From contig OX597823.1 in the NCBI GenBank assembly GCA_951406725.2, positions 49,972,001 to 50,036,000 of the forward strand: a stretch of 64,000 bases of DNA, read 5' to 3'. The DNA comes from Octopus vulgaris. Its lineage: Eukaryota. The position numbers and the translations under genes are program-made. The stretch's first letter is position 1. Each line of letters opens with the position of its first letter. This document shows, piece by piece, positions 49,223-61,228 of the stretch. The notes beneath the pieces are model-generated. The model was not told the origin of the DNA, did not search any database, and saw only the letters and a program-made list of their open reading frames with translations.

Positions 49223-51304
49223 GCACATATTACTATTAGTAAATAGTTTGTTTTAGTGACTCTCTTTCTAACAAGTAGACTGCTGATGTGTTTCAATTAA
49301 TTTTCAGTGTAATGAAGATTTTAGAGGTCTGGGTGGTTAATTAAATATTTAGAGTTTTATATATTGATCACATGCCAAACGGGAGGATCCCAAAATACCT
49401 CTTGTGTGAGGAATTGGTGACTTGGCACTAGAGTACGAGGATGACCTCATCATCGTTTCAAGGATGTCTACAAGAGAGACTACGAAGCTCCCTGAGATGG
49501 GAGGAGGTCACAAATGATCGCCCACACTGGAGACAAATATTGCAAAAGGGAATGAAGTGAAGAAAAGAGAAATAGGAACTCACTACCAAAGAAAAGAGCA
49601 CTTGACAGAAGGAAAAACCAGTAGTGCTGGCAGAGAGCTTGTTCAAATATAGTCTCTGTATGTGTAACTGTTATTCACTAGTGGAACTCTACAGCCACAG
49701 CAGATGCAGCAGCACCATCAGCAGTTCACATAATTTCAGGCACAGATCCACGGTCTCTCGAGACTGGATGCCTACCATTATATATTGATATATTATGCTG
49801 GGGTTGTTGACCTGAAATCTCAGGATGATATTCATGTTATAATGAGATTGACATAGACATTTTTTAAATTTAAATATGAGGATGCATAATCATCTTCATT
49901 ATCATCATTTAGTGTCCATTTTCCATGCTGGCATGGATTGGACAGTCTAACAGGAACTGGTAAGGCCAGGATCCACACTTGGCTCTATTGTCTGCTTTGG
50001 CATGGTTTCTGTGGCTAGATGCCCTTCCTAATGCCAACCACTTAACAAGGTGTACCAGGTGTTTTTCACATGGCACCAACATGGGTCATCTCAGATGGGA
50101 TTTTTTTAGTAAAATGGGATACATAGACAGTCAGACATTATTTGAAAAATTCCCTTTATTCATTTATTATTTTCCTTTTTCAATTGATCAGATATAAAAA
50201 GCTTTCCACATAGCCAACTAATTTCCAATAGATGATAACTTCACCTGAAAAACAACAGCAAGAATGTGTGATCAACACTAAAATATGTTCTAATTAGGAA
50301 CTCTGATATTACTACTACTTAAAAATGTTAATTTCCTTTTATTTCTTCACTTTAACACTTATTGATTGCTAAGTTCATTTGATCAATCACACGGCTAGAT
50401 GAAGAAATTGTCATTGTTCAGGCATGATTTTTCTTTTAAATTTCAATACAATGTAAGCTGAATGTTACGCATATGTTTCTGCTCTGCTGCTGGATTTATC
50501 TTGGAAATGAGAGCATTTAGTATTGATTCAGTGGTTTACTTTGAGTTGGATAACAGGAAAACATAAGAAAGTATTTTTGTACTTACTCCCTTGAAATCTA
50601 AGTTGTTATCTTTTTTGTTTATCTCAAAGAAATTTTTTTTTTAGTTTTCTTTACCATTATTTTTTTTGCATTGTTATTGTTGTTAGGCTGATGGTACCTT
50701 ATTTTTGTTCTTGCTTTAATTGTTGCTGTCATATTGATTATTATCTCTCAAATATTCTTTTCCATGTATTTGATTTTTACTAACACCCTTTCCCAACATT
50801 TTAAAAACTAAAAGGGCTAATATAAAAAACAATGTGGATTTTATATATATATTACTTAATTATGTGTTATTATTTATATGACCAAAGGTAATTTTTTCCG
50901 ATGTTATAATTAAGAAAAAAAAAAAACTGATATCAGTTCCTCTTCTATTATTAGCTTAAAGCAAAAACAAAGAGGAGGCTATAATATTTTTGACTAGAGG
51001 GCCCAATTTGTTTTAGGGCAGAGGCCAGCAAACCATTTTGGAGGCAGGCTACATTGGAAATGTTTTTATGCCTTGAGGGGCCCAAAATGAAACAGCGATA
51101 TTACAAGGCTGTCAACACAGCTACGTATGTAATTGATATGTGCCATGAAGTGAAAAATCAGAGCATTTTCATTTAGGCCAAATGTGGGTGGGTAATTGTG
51201 ACTTCAGGTTTAGTGTAGTACCCAGCAGTATACCTGCTACCATCTGTGGACAACACGTAAGCATTTTTTGTTATTCTCTTTTAGAATCCTGTAGTTATGT
51301 AAAC

Positions 51305-51556
51305 CAATGGTTCCAACTGTTTTTCTTTACCCTGAACTGATTTCATGGCAATTTTTCCACAGATTGGGCGATCATATGCACAACAAAATAATAAAGTGAA
51401 TTATACAATTTAATTATTACCCCAAAAGTATGCATACATTAAATATCTAATTCAAGTATAATGCAAAAATATCCTGAAAACTGCAATAGTCAATAAAATA
51501 ATGATAAAATTTCAAAACCTATTCTTTCTGTATGGCTCAGTGGTTAGTGACCACTG
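51305..51556. mobile_element. hAT-type MITE
   Basis: Ends caatggttccaac / gttagtgaccactg; 8-bp TSD atgtaaac on both sides. Confidence 0.8.
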
Positions 51557-54500
51557 ATGTAAACTACATAGTTAGTACAGCATATAAGATGCTGTTAGTT
51601 TCTGTTGCTCCATACATTTGGGGAGTTGAGAACATTTACTGTTTACCCCCTCCCCTTTTTTGTTTGGTATTTATTTGAAACCATTTATTCTTATTTTTTT
51701 TTCCATACTACTTCTAGTTTTGGGACTCATAGGGTCAGTTACCCAGTTTCTTTGGTATACAAATGATCGATATCACAACATAACCCTTGAATGGGACACC
51801 ACTCCACATCACAAGGTTCAGTCATTTACAGCTGAGTGGACTGGAGCAACATGAAATGAAGTGTTTTGCTCAAGAACACAATGTATCACCTGTCCAGTCT
51901 GAGAATCGAAACTACGATTGCAAGATTATGAATGCAACACTTCTAAGTACTAAGACATATGCTTCAAGTGAAGCCACTACAAAAACGAGGCTTTCATTGT
52001 TTTTCTACTCTGAATTATTTGATTGTTTGCTAATAGTAAATAGATAAGGAAAACAAAAGAAGTTGTGTTCAGCATCACCTATTCAGTAAAGTTGGCTGAA
52101 TGGATAAATTGAAGTTGTGGGCTGCAGTTTGTCAGTTGCTGCTTTAGGGAATGTGTGTGTATGTATACGTTGTTCAAATATTGAAGTTCTTATTGAACAA
52201 ATGCAGGAGAGATTGTGTAATGGTATGAAACCATTTCTGACACTTCTGATTATGATACGATGCAGTCTGCTAATCTACATTACATGCTGTCTTTTATTCT
52301 GTTTGAGGATTATCATCCTTCAGAACTCCCCTCCTCTACATCTACACAAAAAAAGATTGCATACCAATTTAGGAGGCTCTAGATAAAGTGGCCTAATCTC
52401 TCTCTGTCTCTCTCATACTACCATCTTTAAAAATAGAAGTACTTATTGAATAATGTGCGCAGGTTAATATACTTAGTGTTTGAACCAAACAATTCAGTTT
52501 AAATTACATCCGTAAATACATACAAAGAAAAAAATAATAAAAGAATTAATGACAATTCTTGTTAAAGAAAGCAAGGGAAAGGACTCTGAAAATTAAATTG
52601 ACTAAAAATTTAACACATACTGGGAGTGAGTCTGATCTTTGGTAGGTACCTATTTCAGCGTTATTAGTAAATTGGTTGATGACCATATAATTACCCTTTG
52701 TGCAAAGAATATTTCCAGATAAGACACTTTCAAAATAATGATTTCATAATTTTGGTACAAGGCCAGCAAGTGTGGGAAAAGGATAAGTTGATTACATTAA
52801 CTCCAGTGCTTAACTGGTTGTTATTTTATTGACCCCAAAAGTGTGAAAGGTAAAGTTGACCTCAGTGGAATTTGAACTCAATGTAAAGACAAACAAAATG
52901 ATGCTCAGCATTTTTCCCAGTTTGCTAATGATTCTGCCAGTTCACCACTTTACACTTTTAACCCTTTAGCATTTATTAAACCAGCCATATCTGGCCCAAA
53001 TGTTCTCCCTGTTTTATGTTGAAACAGGCCAGATCTAGCCTCTCTCACCAACCCTACAATGTCATCCTAAAAATAAACGATCACATCTTCAAAATCTTGA
53101 AGTTAGAAGGTAATATGTGATTAATTTTTAAAAATGTAGATAGATAAGCATTACATTTGATAAATTAATCTGAATGTAAAATTTTTCAGGGAAGCCTTCT
53201 GCGTCAAGAATATATAGTTAAGTGCAGGCTATCATACTAATATAATGGGATTAAAAGAATATTTTAATTATTACATTAAATTGAAGTATATGGTTTTATT
53301 TAAAATATATTTTTGCTACAACAGTGGCTTTTTTTTTTTATCTATTTTGGTTTCTTTTTTTCTTCAAAATATATTAATCCATTCTAGATTTAGTTGGGTA
53401 GTTTCTGATGAGGTTTTTTTTTTTCTCTTTTCATTGTGTGTGTGAAGCAAGATGTCTCCCAATAGCTAACTACTCAATCATAAAGTCAAGAGTAGGTCTT
53501 GATCTATCAATCAGGCAAACTGAGGCAAGCAGTTTTGTGCTTCACCCTTTGTTAACAACTCTAAGGATCTCGTAAAGATTGATTATTTAGTTCATATAGT
53601 CCATCTCTCTGAAATCCGAAATCATTTTCCATTATTGCATATACAGAATATTTGCTTTAAATTCTTTATATACAGTGGTAGATATCACTTAGGTTCCCCT
53701 TTAACTAAGTTGGTTTTTAACAGTGGAGCTTGAAGCCGATGAAGCTATAAAAAACTCTTTGGATGGGATTTCTAACCCAGTATATATACACACTACTAAT
53801 TATAGCTTTATCTACTTCATGTTTTACCATTAAAGACAAATTATGTCACATTTCTCAAAGTTTTTGAATTTCTCTGATGTAAGGAACTTTGAAAAATTTT
53901 TTAATCAAATTTATTTTAAATGGCATGTGTGTGTATGCACACATGTATGTGCATATGCACAAATGTGTGTTGTGTTGAAGCCACTGTTTTCTGTATTGAG
54001 AAAGTTTGTATAACACATTTCTTTATGAGCCCTTCTTATACCTTGAGCCATTCTTAGCTATTTCAACCTCTCTACCCCACTTTTTTCTCTCTCTTCATTT
54101 TTTTACTGCTTGTGTTGTGTTGTTTTGTTTTATTTAACTTGTTCTCATGTTTTCCGCATGTTTCCTCATCCAAAATTTGTTGCCTTGTTTATTTTCAACA
54201 TCATTTGCCATTCCCCAATTGGTCTAATGTTCCATTGTTAAGCTTGGGCTGATAAATGCTTATATTCTGTTGGGAGATTGTTTATTTCTGATTGGAGCAC
54301 AATGTGTGTGTGTGTGTGTTTGGTACGTGATGATATCTTTAATCATCACCATTTGTTTTAAAATTGATCTCAGTTTGTTAGCATGGGGTTTTGCCAGATT
54401 GAAAATAAAGTGGCACTATCATGATTCAAAGTTACTTTCTTCAGATTTTTTGCTGAATCGATTCTCATTTAGATTTACATTTGAGATAATCAAATACATA

Positions 54501-56451
54501 CTTTGCATGTCATATTTGCTTTCAGCTAACTTATTCACCACTTGATAATGTTTCAGTGAGTATATGATGTGAACCATTACAATATCATGTATATTTTCAA
54601 TTTTGTCATTGTTTACTATGTTGTTATGTCATGGTTGTTGCTGTTGTTATAACATTACATTTTTGGCCACTTTGAGCACTACTTTTTTTAATTACCAAAT
54701 AGTCAACCTTTGCAGTGACTATTCTCACATATATACTGTCTTTTAGTATACCCAGTGCTACATCACTGTTTTTCATTTTTATTATGTGTAGGGATACTGA
54801 AAGTCTGGAATCTCTCAATTTAGACTTACCAGATCCGTTTGTGACTTTCATGACTCAACCCTTTCATTACCATATTTCTGTTGATAACTCATGGTCTTTG
54901 TTTCACTTAATTTTGAAAATAATGAGAAAATTATCAAAATAACCTTGTCTCACTTAAGCTGGAGTTTGGAACATAAATTAACATGGAATGTTGGGGAAAA
55001 GTTTTAAATTACTTTAAACGGTAAGTTTATATCATAGAACCAGAGTTCTCCATTCTCAGGATGATCCTAAGCACACCAAATACAACCGGTCTCATTGCAA
55101 GTTCACATCAAGTAACTAAGGAGTGCTTATGCACAAAGGACAGACTGAAATTAGCTATGTATTAGAGTCCTTGAGGTTTAGTGCTACCAGAGACCAAACA
55201 GACTTGGTCAGCCCAATATTCCATTTAATGTTTCTATCTGTTATATTTATGTGGCTATTTTGGATGAACATGTTCAGTGTGTACTTAGGTGACAGAAATA
55301 TAGTGTTAAAATATTTTTTCATTACCTCTGTTTTGAGAAACAAATGAAATAGTCTAGCCAGACCTTGGGATTAAATGTGCTGAAAAATTATAACCTTATT
55401 GTGCTTCTCACTTCCAAATATCAGTTTACATTTTATATTCTTCCTCCTACTCATCCTTTTTTTCCTTATTCATTTATTCATGCCCCTACTTATTCATATT
55501 CTCTCAATCTATCATTTGATACATGTTTGTTACAACCCATCACCATTTATTATTTATTAGCATTTGTTATAAGCCATTGTATCGAGCTATTAACTTCCCT
55601 ATACATAGATATTCAGATGACTTCTTTTCAATTTTTCCAGGCCATTTTCACTACATGATTGTCTCTGTCTTTGTGTTCAAAGCCTTATTGTTCTATGACT
55701 TGTTTATTCTGTGGTAATGTTTAGAGATAGTCACCTCAGTTTTTGTGGTTAATATTCCTTAAATTATGTTCCTTAAAAGCATGTCTAGTTACTCCAAATT
55801 GTTTGCAGTCCTCATACTTTCAAACTCCAAAGAAAAAATAAGTTCTCTCGTTATTGGTGACTTTCTGCTGAGTTTAGTCTTCTGAGTCTCACTACAGCTC
55901 TTTGATATGTTGGTTGCATTATTCATTATTAAGAATAGTATGTTGGCAGAATTGATAGTATAATGGACAAAATACCTTGCTATATTTAGTTACATCTGTT
56001 TATGCAAAGTTAGAAACCCTGTTATTTCATGAATAATTTGGTAAAACTTTTCATTCTAATTAATATTTTCATCTTTCATTGTCTTTGAACAATAAATATT
56101 TTGTTATAATATATACATGATAAATTGTCTGTGCCATTTAACTGATTAATTTGTCAATTGTTTGTTTTCAGATAAGAAACAACTCATCTTTTGTATCTTA
56201 CTTTTTTCAGTCATTGAACTTTGACCATGCTGGGTTACAGTCTTGTAGGGCTTCAGTTGAACAAATCAAACCCTAGTACTTAGTTTTTAAAGAGTGGTAC
56301 TTATTCACTCAGTTTCTTTTGCTGAAGCGTTAAGTCACAAGGACCTAAAACTACACAGGTGGTCAAGTGGACAAACAAAGACATACATGCATACATGTGT
56401 GTGTGTAATTGTGTATATGTATCTATATTTATGTATATGAATATATATATT

Positions 56452-56496
<45 letters not shown>

Positions 56497-56504
56497 GTGC
56501 GTGT

Positions 56505-56750
56505 CCCGTGCCGGTGGCACTTAAAAGCACCATCCGTCCGTGGCCGTTTGCCAGCTCCGTCTGGCACCTGTACGGGTGGCACGTAAAAAGCACCCACTAC
56601 ACTCATGGAGTGGTTGGCGTTAAGAAGGGCATCCAGCCATAAAAACACTGCCAGATCAGACTGGGCCTGATGCAGCCTTCTGGCTTCACAGACCCCAGTT
56701 GAACCGTCCAACCTATGCTAGCATGGAAAGCGGACGCTAAATGATGATGA

Positions 56751-56754
<4 letters not shown>
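56505..56754 (+). mobile_element. RTE LINE 3' end fragment
   Basis: Near-identical to 47220-47480; (GAT)n tail followed by (TA)n. Confidence 0.9.
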
Positions 56755-56832
<78 letters not shown>

Positions 56833-57290
56833 TGCATCAAATGGATGTGTTATAAAACTACTATTCAGCACATGCAATAACAGCCATACCAACAATCCAA
56901 CATCATCAGCTGCCCCACAGATATCACTATAGTTCGACACCTGGGTAGCACCTTTCAATCTGGCGGTGTCAACATCACTAAAATAAGTGTTGTTTGGGAA
57001 CAAATATACCTTAGATATCACCACATTCATTCAATCTTAATTCTAGGAAGGATTAAACACTAACATTATTAATTAGACTACAAAAAAAAAATCATTTACT
57101 ATATGTACAACAGTATCGGTAAATAAATTCAATAAGTAAACCTATAAATAACTCCTAAGTTATCTTAATAGCGACCAAACCCTTAAAGTCCATACAGATA
57201 ATATTTCCACCAGTCTTCCATAGTTATATATATATAAGTATATAAACATATGTGCATGTGTTTATATATATATATATATATATATATGAT

Positions 57291-57322
<32 letters not shown>

Positions 57323-57517
57323 CCTCTACACAGTTTCCATCTATGAAATTCACTCACTTGGTATTGGTCAGCCTAACACTGTGGTAAAAGACACTTGTCT
57401 AAGTATATCTACAAGGGGCTTACACATACACACACACACACACATACATACATATATATGAGAGAGAGAGAGAGAGAAATAGATATGCATGCATACATAC
57501 ATACACGTGTGTGTGTG

Positions 57518-57567
<50 letters not shown>

Positions 57568-57970
57568 TATATATATACACACATAATCAGCTTCTACACA
57601 GTTTCCATCTGCCACATTCACTCATAAAACATTGGTCATTGGTCGGCCTAAGGCTATAGTAAAAGATACCTGCTCAAGGTGCTGCACAGTGGGACTGAAC
57701 CTGAAACCAAATGGTAGCAAAGCGTACTTCTTAACCAGTGCAGACATGCATTCTTCTGTTTTGTTTTTTTTTACACATCCTCTTTTTACTAAATGTTTCT
57801 TTTCTTTATTCCTCACAGCTCCATTTACATATAATTATTTCCTAGTTATGCTAACTACCTTCTTTGTTTCTTTATTTTGAGCTGGTTTTTATTGATTTAT
57901 TTCTTATTTTATATTAAGAAATTATTATTCTACATCATTATTATGTTTTTTACTTTCTTTATTTCTTCAG

Positions 57971-58042
57971 TAAATATTGGTGTAATTCTATTGCAAGCTC
58001 TATTGGAATATTGGCCTCGAACACATTTTGATGATGGTCAAG
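57971..58042 (+). CDS. WDR48: WDR48 exon: LNIGVILLQALLEYWPRTHFDDGQ
   Basis: tcag|TA...CAAG|gtaagt; 72 nt, phase 1 to 1. Confidence 0.95.
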
Positions 58043-58157
58043 GTAAGTCATTGGAATGCTTACTTGCTAGATGGGGGCTGGGGTCATCCCAGGTTAGTGG
58101 TCCCAGAGATGGTGACATCTCTGGGACCAACCAGGTCCACTAGTGCTCTCTAAAATC

Positions 58158-59429
58158 TCAAGTTAGCAAGAAAGTAATTTCGCTTTTCATAAATAGATAG
58201 AGTTACAATTTTTTTTTTAATGACTTTTGCCAGTGTTATGATTTTTTTCCTTTTGACATTTTATAGCTGGTTCTTTTAGTTTACTTTAGAAGCAAATTGC
58301 TTGTAATTTTGTTTACAGCTGTTAGTTCAGTGTCAATTTTAACATTGAGTGCAAAAACGAACGTTTTCATCATATTTTGCATTTTTATTTCCGTAAAGGC
58401 AAGAAAGCTGTTGAGGCTCACAAAGAGTTATATGAAGTTTATGGTGTTGATTGCTTAACAGAATGCACATGTCAGAAATGGTTTGAAAAATTCCGTTCTG
58501 GAGATTTTTCACTCAAAGATGACCAATATTCTAGTTGACTAACTGAAGTTGATGATGACCAAATCAAAGCCATAATTGAATCTGATTGTCATATAACTGT
58601 GTGAGAGATTGCAGAGAGGTTAAATATATCACCCACAACAACTGAAAATCACTTAAAATGTCTTGGACTCATTAAGAAGCTCGATATTTGGGTTCCACAT
58701 AAATTGAAAGGGAATCAATATTTGCAGTATGCTTCTCAAATGCAATGAAATCATCTTTTTTTTTAACAAATCATCACTGGTCATGAAAAATGGATAGTCT
58801 ATAATAACATTAATCGAAAATGATCATGATCCAAGCATAATGAACCAGCACAAACCACATAGAAAGCTGGATTGCATCAAAAAAAGGTCATGCTATCAAT
58901 TTGGTGGGATTTCAAAGGTGTTATGTATTTTGAGCTGCTTCCAAGGAACCAAATGATCAATTCAGATGTTTACTGTCAACAACTAATAAAACTGGTGGAA
59001 GCAATCAAAGAACAACAGCCAGAATTGGTAAATCGTAACAGAATCATGTTCCATCATGATAATGCTAGACCACTCATGTCTTTGCTAACTTGTGAAAAAT
59101 TTTTGGAGCTTGGTTGAGAAGTGATGTCACATCCACCATATAGCCCTGACCTTGCACCATCAGATTACCATTTATTTTGAAGTTTGCAAAATACTTTGAA
59201 TGGTAAAACTTTCAATAATGATGATGACCTGAAATTGTACTTGCTTCAGTTTTTGGCTGATAAGGACCAGAAGTTCTATGAATGCAGAATCATGAAATTG
59301 CTAGGAAGATGGCAGAAGGTCATCGAACAAAATGGAAAATGTATAATTGATTAAGGGCCATTCTTTGTACGTAAAAGAATGACTTTTATTTCATACTAAA
59401 AAGCCAAAATTACTTTCTTGCCAACCTAA
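58158..59429 (+). mobile_element. Full-length but inactive mariner (Tc1/mariner, DD34D-type) transposon
   Basis: TIRs agttagcaagaaagtaatttcgctttt and aaaagccaaaattactttcttgccaacctaa; right end abuts TA; ~1.27 kb. Confidence 0.92.
58344..59354 (+). pseudogene. Mariner transposase pseudogene
   Basis: WVPH, ITG(H)EKW (first catalytic D altered), KKVMLSIWWD, HHDNARP, HPPYSPDLAPSDYHLF; start codon mutated to ATT; several stops and frameshifts. Confidence 0.92.
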
Positions 59430-59479
<50 letters not shown>

Positions 59480-59826
59480 AGCATGTGTATGTTTGTGTGT
59501 CCTTGTCTTGACATCACTTCAGAATATAGGTGTAAATAAGTGCCACTGTCATACTAGCTGTGTCATTCATTTTCATTATTTTGTGAGAACATGTCTGGCC
59601 CTGGGAACATATATTACCTTGCTTGGAGACAAATGAGGGTTGGTGACAGGTAGGGCATACAGCCATCAAAAATCTGCTTCAATAAATTCCATCTGACTCA
59701 TGCAAGCATGGAAAACTGGACATGAAAACAGTGATGATGATGATGATGATGATTGGTATGAAACTGATTATTGATATTTCATTTTTGTGTGCTGTTAATA
59801 GATAATATTTTCTTTCTTCTTTCCAG

Positions 59827-59914
59827 AAATGGACATGAATGGCAGTGAATGTGTGGAGCGTCGGGGAACTGGTCCATATTTTAGTGTACCAGGACACACT
59901 CCAGTTATATTTAG
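59827..59914 (+). CDS. WDR48: WDR48 exon: EMDMNGSECVERRGTGPYFSVPGHTPVIF
   Basis: ccag|AA...TTTAG|gtagta; 88 nt, phase 1 to 2; matches human GYFQVPPHTPVIF. Confidence 0.93.
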
Positions 59915-60784
59915 GTAGTATTTTTTATGCTGCATTCTGTTTGTAATATATTTTTGTCTGATAATGCACTTGTTTACATGTAACACATTCGTTTTTCTTT
60001 TTCTTGTTTAAAACTTTTATATAGAGAAACAAAGTAAAATGGAATCCAGATATATGGTTACTTGTCGGTTCACATTACTGTATCAATTAGTCCTTTATCT
60101 GTGTATCGATTATTCTCATTGTTTGTGAATAGAAGCAGGGAATGACTAGAGAGGGAGAATAATTACATAATCAGAAAGGCATAATGCTTGTAAAGTGTGG
60201 GAAGGGAATGGACTGTGATGAGAATTCTTTTCTCTTCATAAATAATACAGGAAATAAAAGCTATTGATTTTATTGCTGAAAAGTGAATTGGTGCAATAAT
60301 GAATGTAAGTAGAATCAATTGATTGGGTTTTTGATATTCATTAAGTAATCACTATTGGAGGTAGTGTAATAGAAATGATTCTTCTATCCTTCTCTTCCAA
60401 TTATAAACTGTGCACTGGTTGATTCCAACTGGAGACTACCACATCAAGGCTAAAGAGACTAGCAGCATTAGGTCATCATCATCATCATATGTTCGTTTTC
60501 CATGCTGGCATGGGTTGAACTGTTTGAAAGAAGATGGAAAAGCCAGGAGCCTTACCAGGTTGTTTGTTTTGGCTTGATTTCTAGCGCTGTATGCCCTTCC
60601 TAATGCCAGCCACTTTATAGTGTACTGGGTGCTTTTTACATGGCACCAACGCTAGTATGTTTTACTGGCACCAGCACGTTTTTTTTACATGAAACTAGGA
60701 TCAAACACCTCCTTTACTTGCAGGACCACACCACATTTTATTTGGCCCCTCTTGAAGATCTTGGCAATGAGGCTATATGAAGGT

Positions 60785-60930
60785 TTCAATAATGATGATG
60801 ACCTGAAATTGCACTTGCTTCAGTTTTTGGCTGTTAAGGACCAGAAGTTCTATGAGCACAGAATCATGAAGTTGCCAGGAAGATGGCAAAAGGTCATTGA
60901 ACAAAATAGAAAATATATAATTGATTAAAG
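60785..60930 (+). mobile_element. Second fragment of the same mariner (transposase 3' end)
   Basis: Close match to 59210-59355 (FNNDDDLKLHLLQFLA...KLPGRWQKVIEQN). Confidence 0.88.
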
Positions 60931-61113
60931 TTGATGAAGGTTTAGAGGAAGAAGGTCTGATCAGTGATCAGAGTTAAGAAGGGATGACGCTATTGCAGAT
61001 AGTGGGGAAACACCAGTCTGCTTGATGCAGAAGAATTTTAAGAATTACCTTTATCAGTGATGAATTATTATTGTGTTAATATTTATCTTCTACACCTTGT
61101 TGTTTTACTGTAG

Positions 61114-61228
61114 TGAGGCAGGTGGAAGGACCATGTTTCGTTTACTTTGCCGTGATGCTAGCGGAGAAACAGAGCAGCTATTACTAAACGAAACTATCCC
61201 ACCATGGGTAGTTGACGTGGCAGTAAAT
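61114..61228 (+). CDS. WDR48: WDR48 exon: [39 protein letters not shown]
   Basis: gtag|T...AAT|gtaagt; 115 nt, phase 2 to 0. Confidence 0.95.

Larger units (their letters stand above)
6825..61228 (+). other. WDR48: WDR48/UAF1 gene span (partial; 5' and 3' exons outside the window)
   Basis: 14 exons with AG/GT ends join in phase (1449 nt, 483 codons, no stops). The peptide is colinear with human WDR48 as recalled, from [16 protein letters not shown] to ETVPQWVID. Confidence 0.96.

Noticed and set aside
54792-54823. Acceptor followed by ILKVWNLSI, resembling a WD40 strand
   Set aside because: In-frame TAG follows immediately, there is no convincing donor, and the position is beyond the WD40 region; probably chance.
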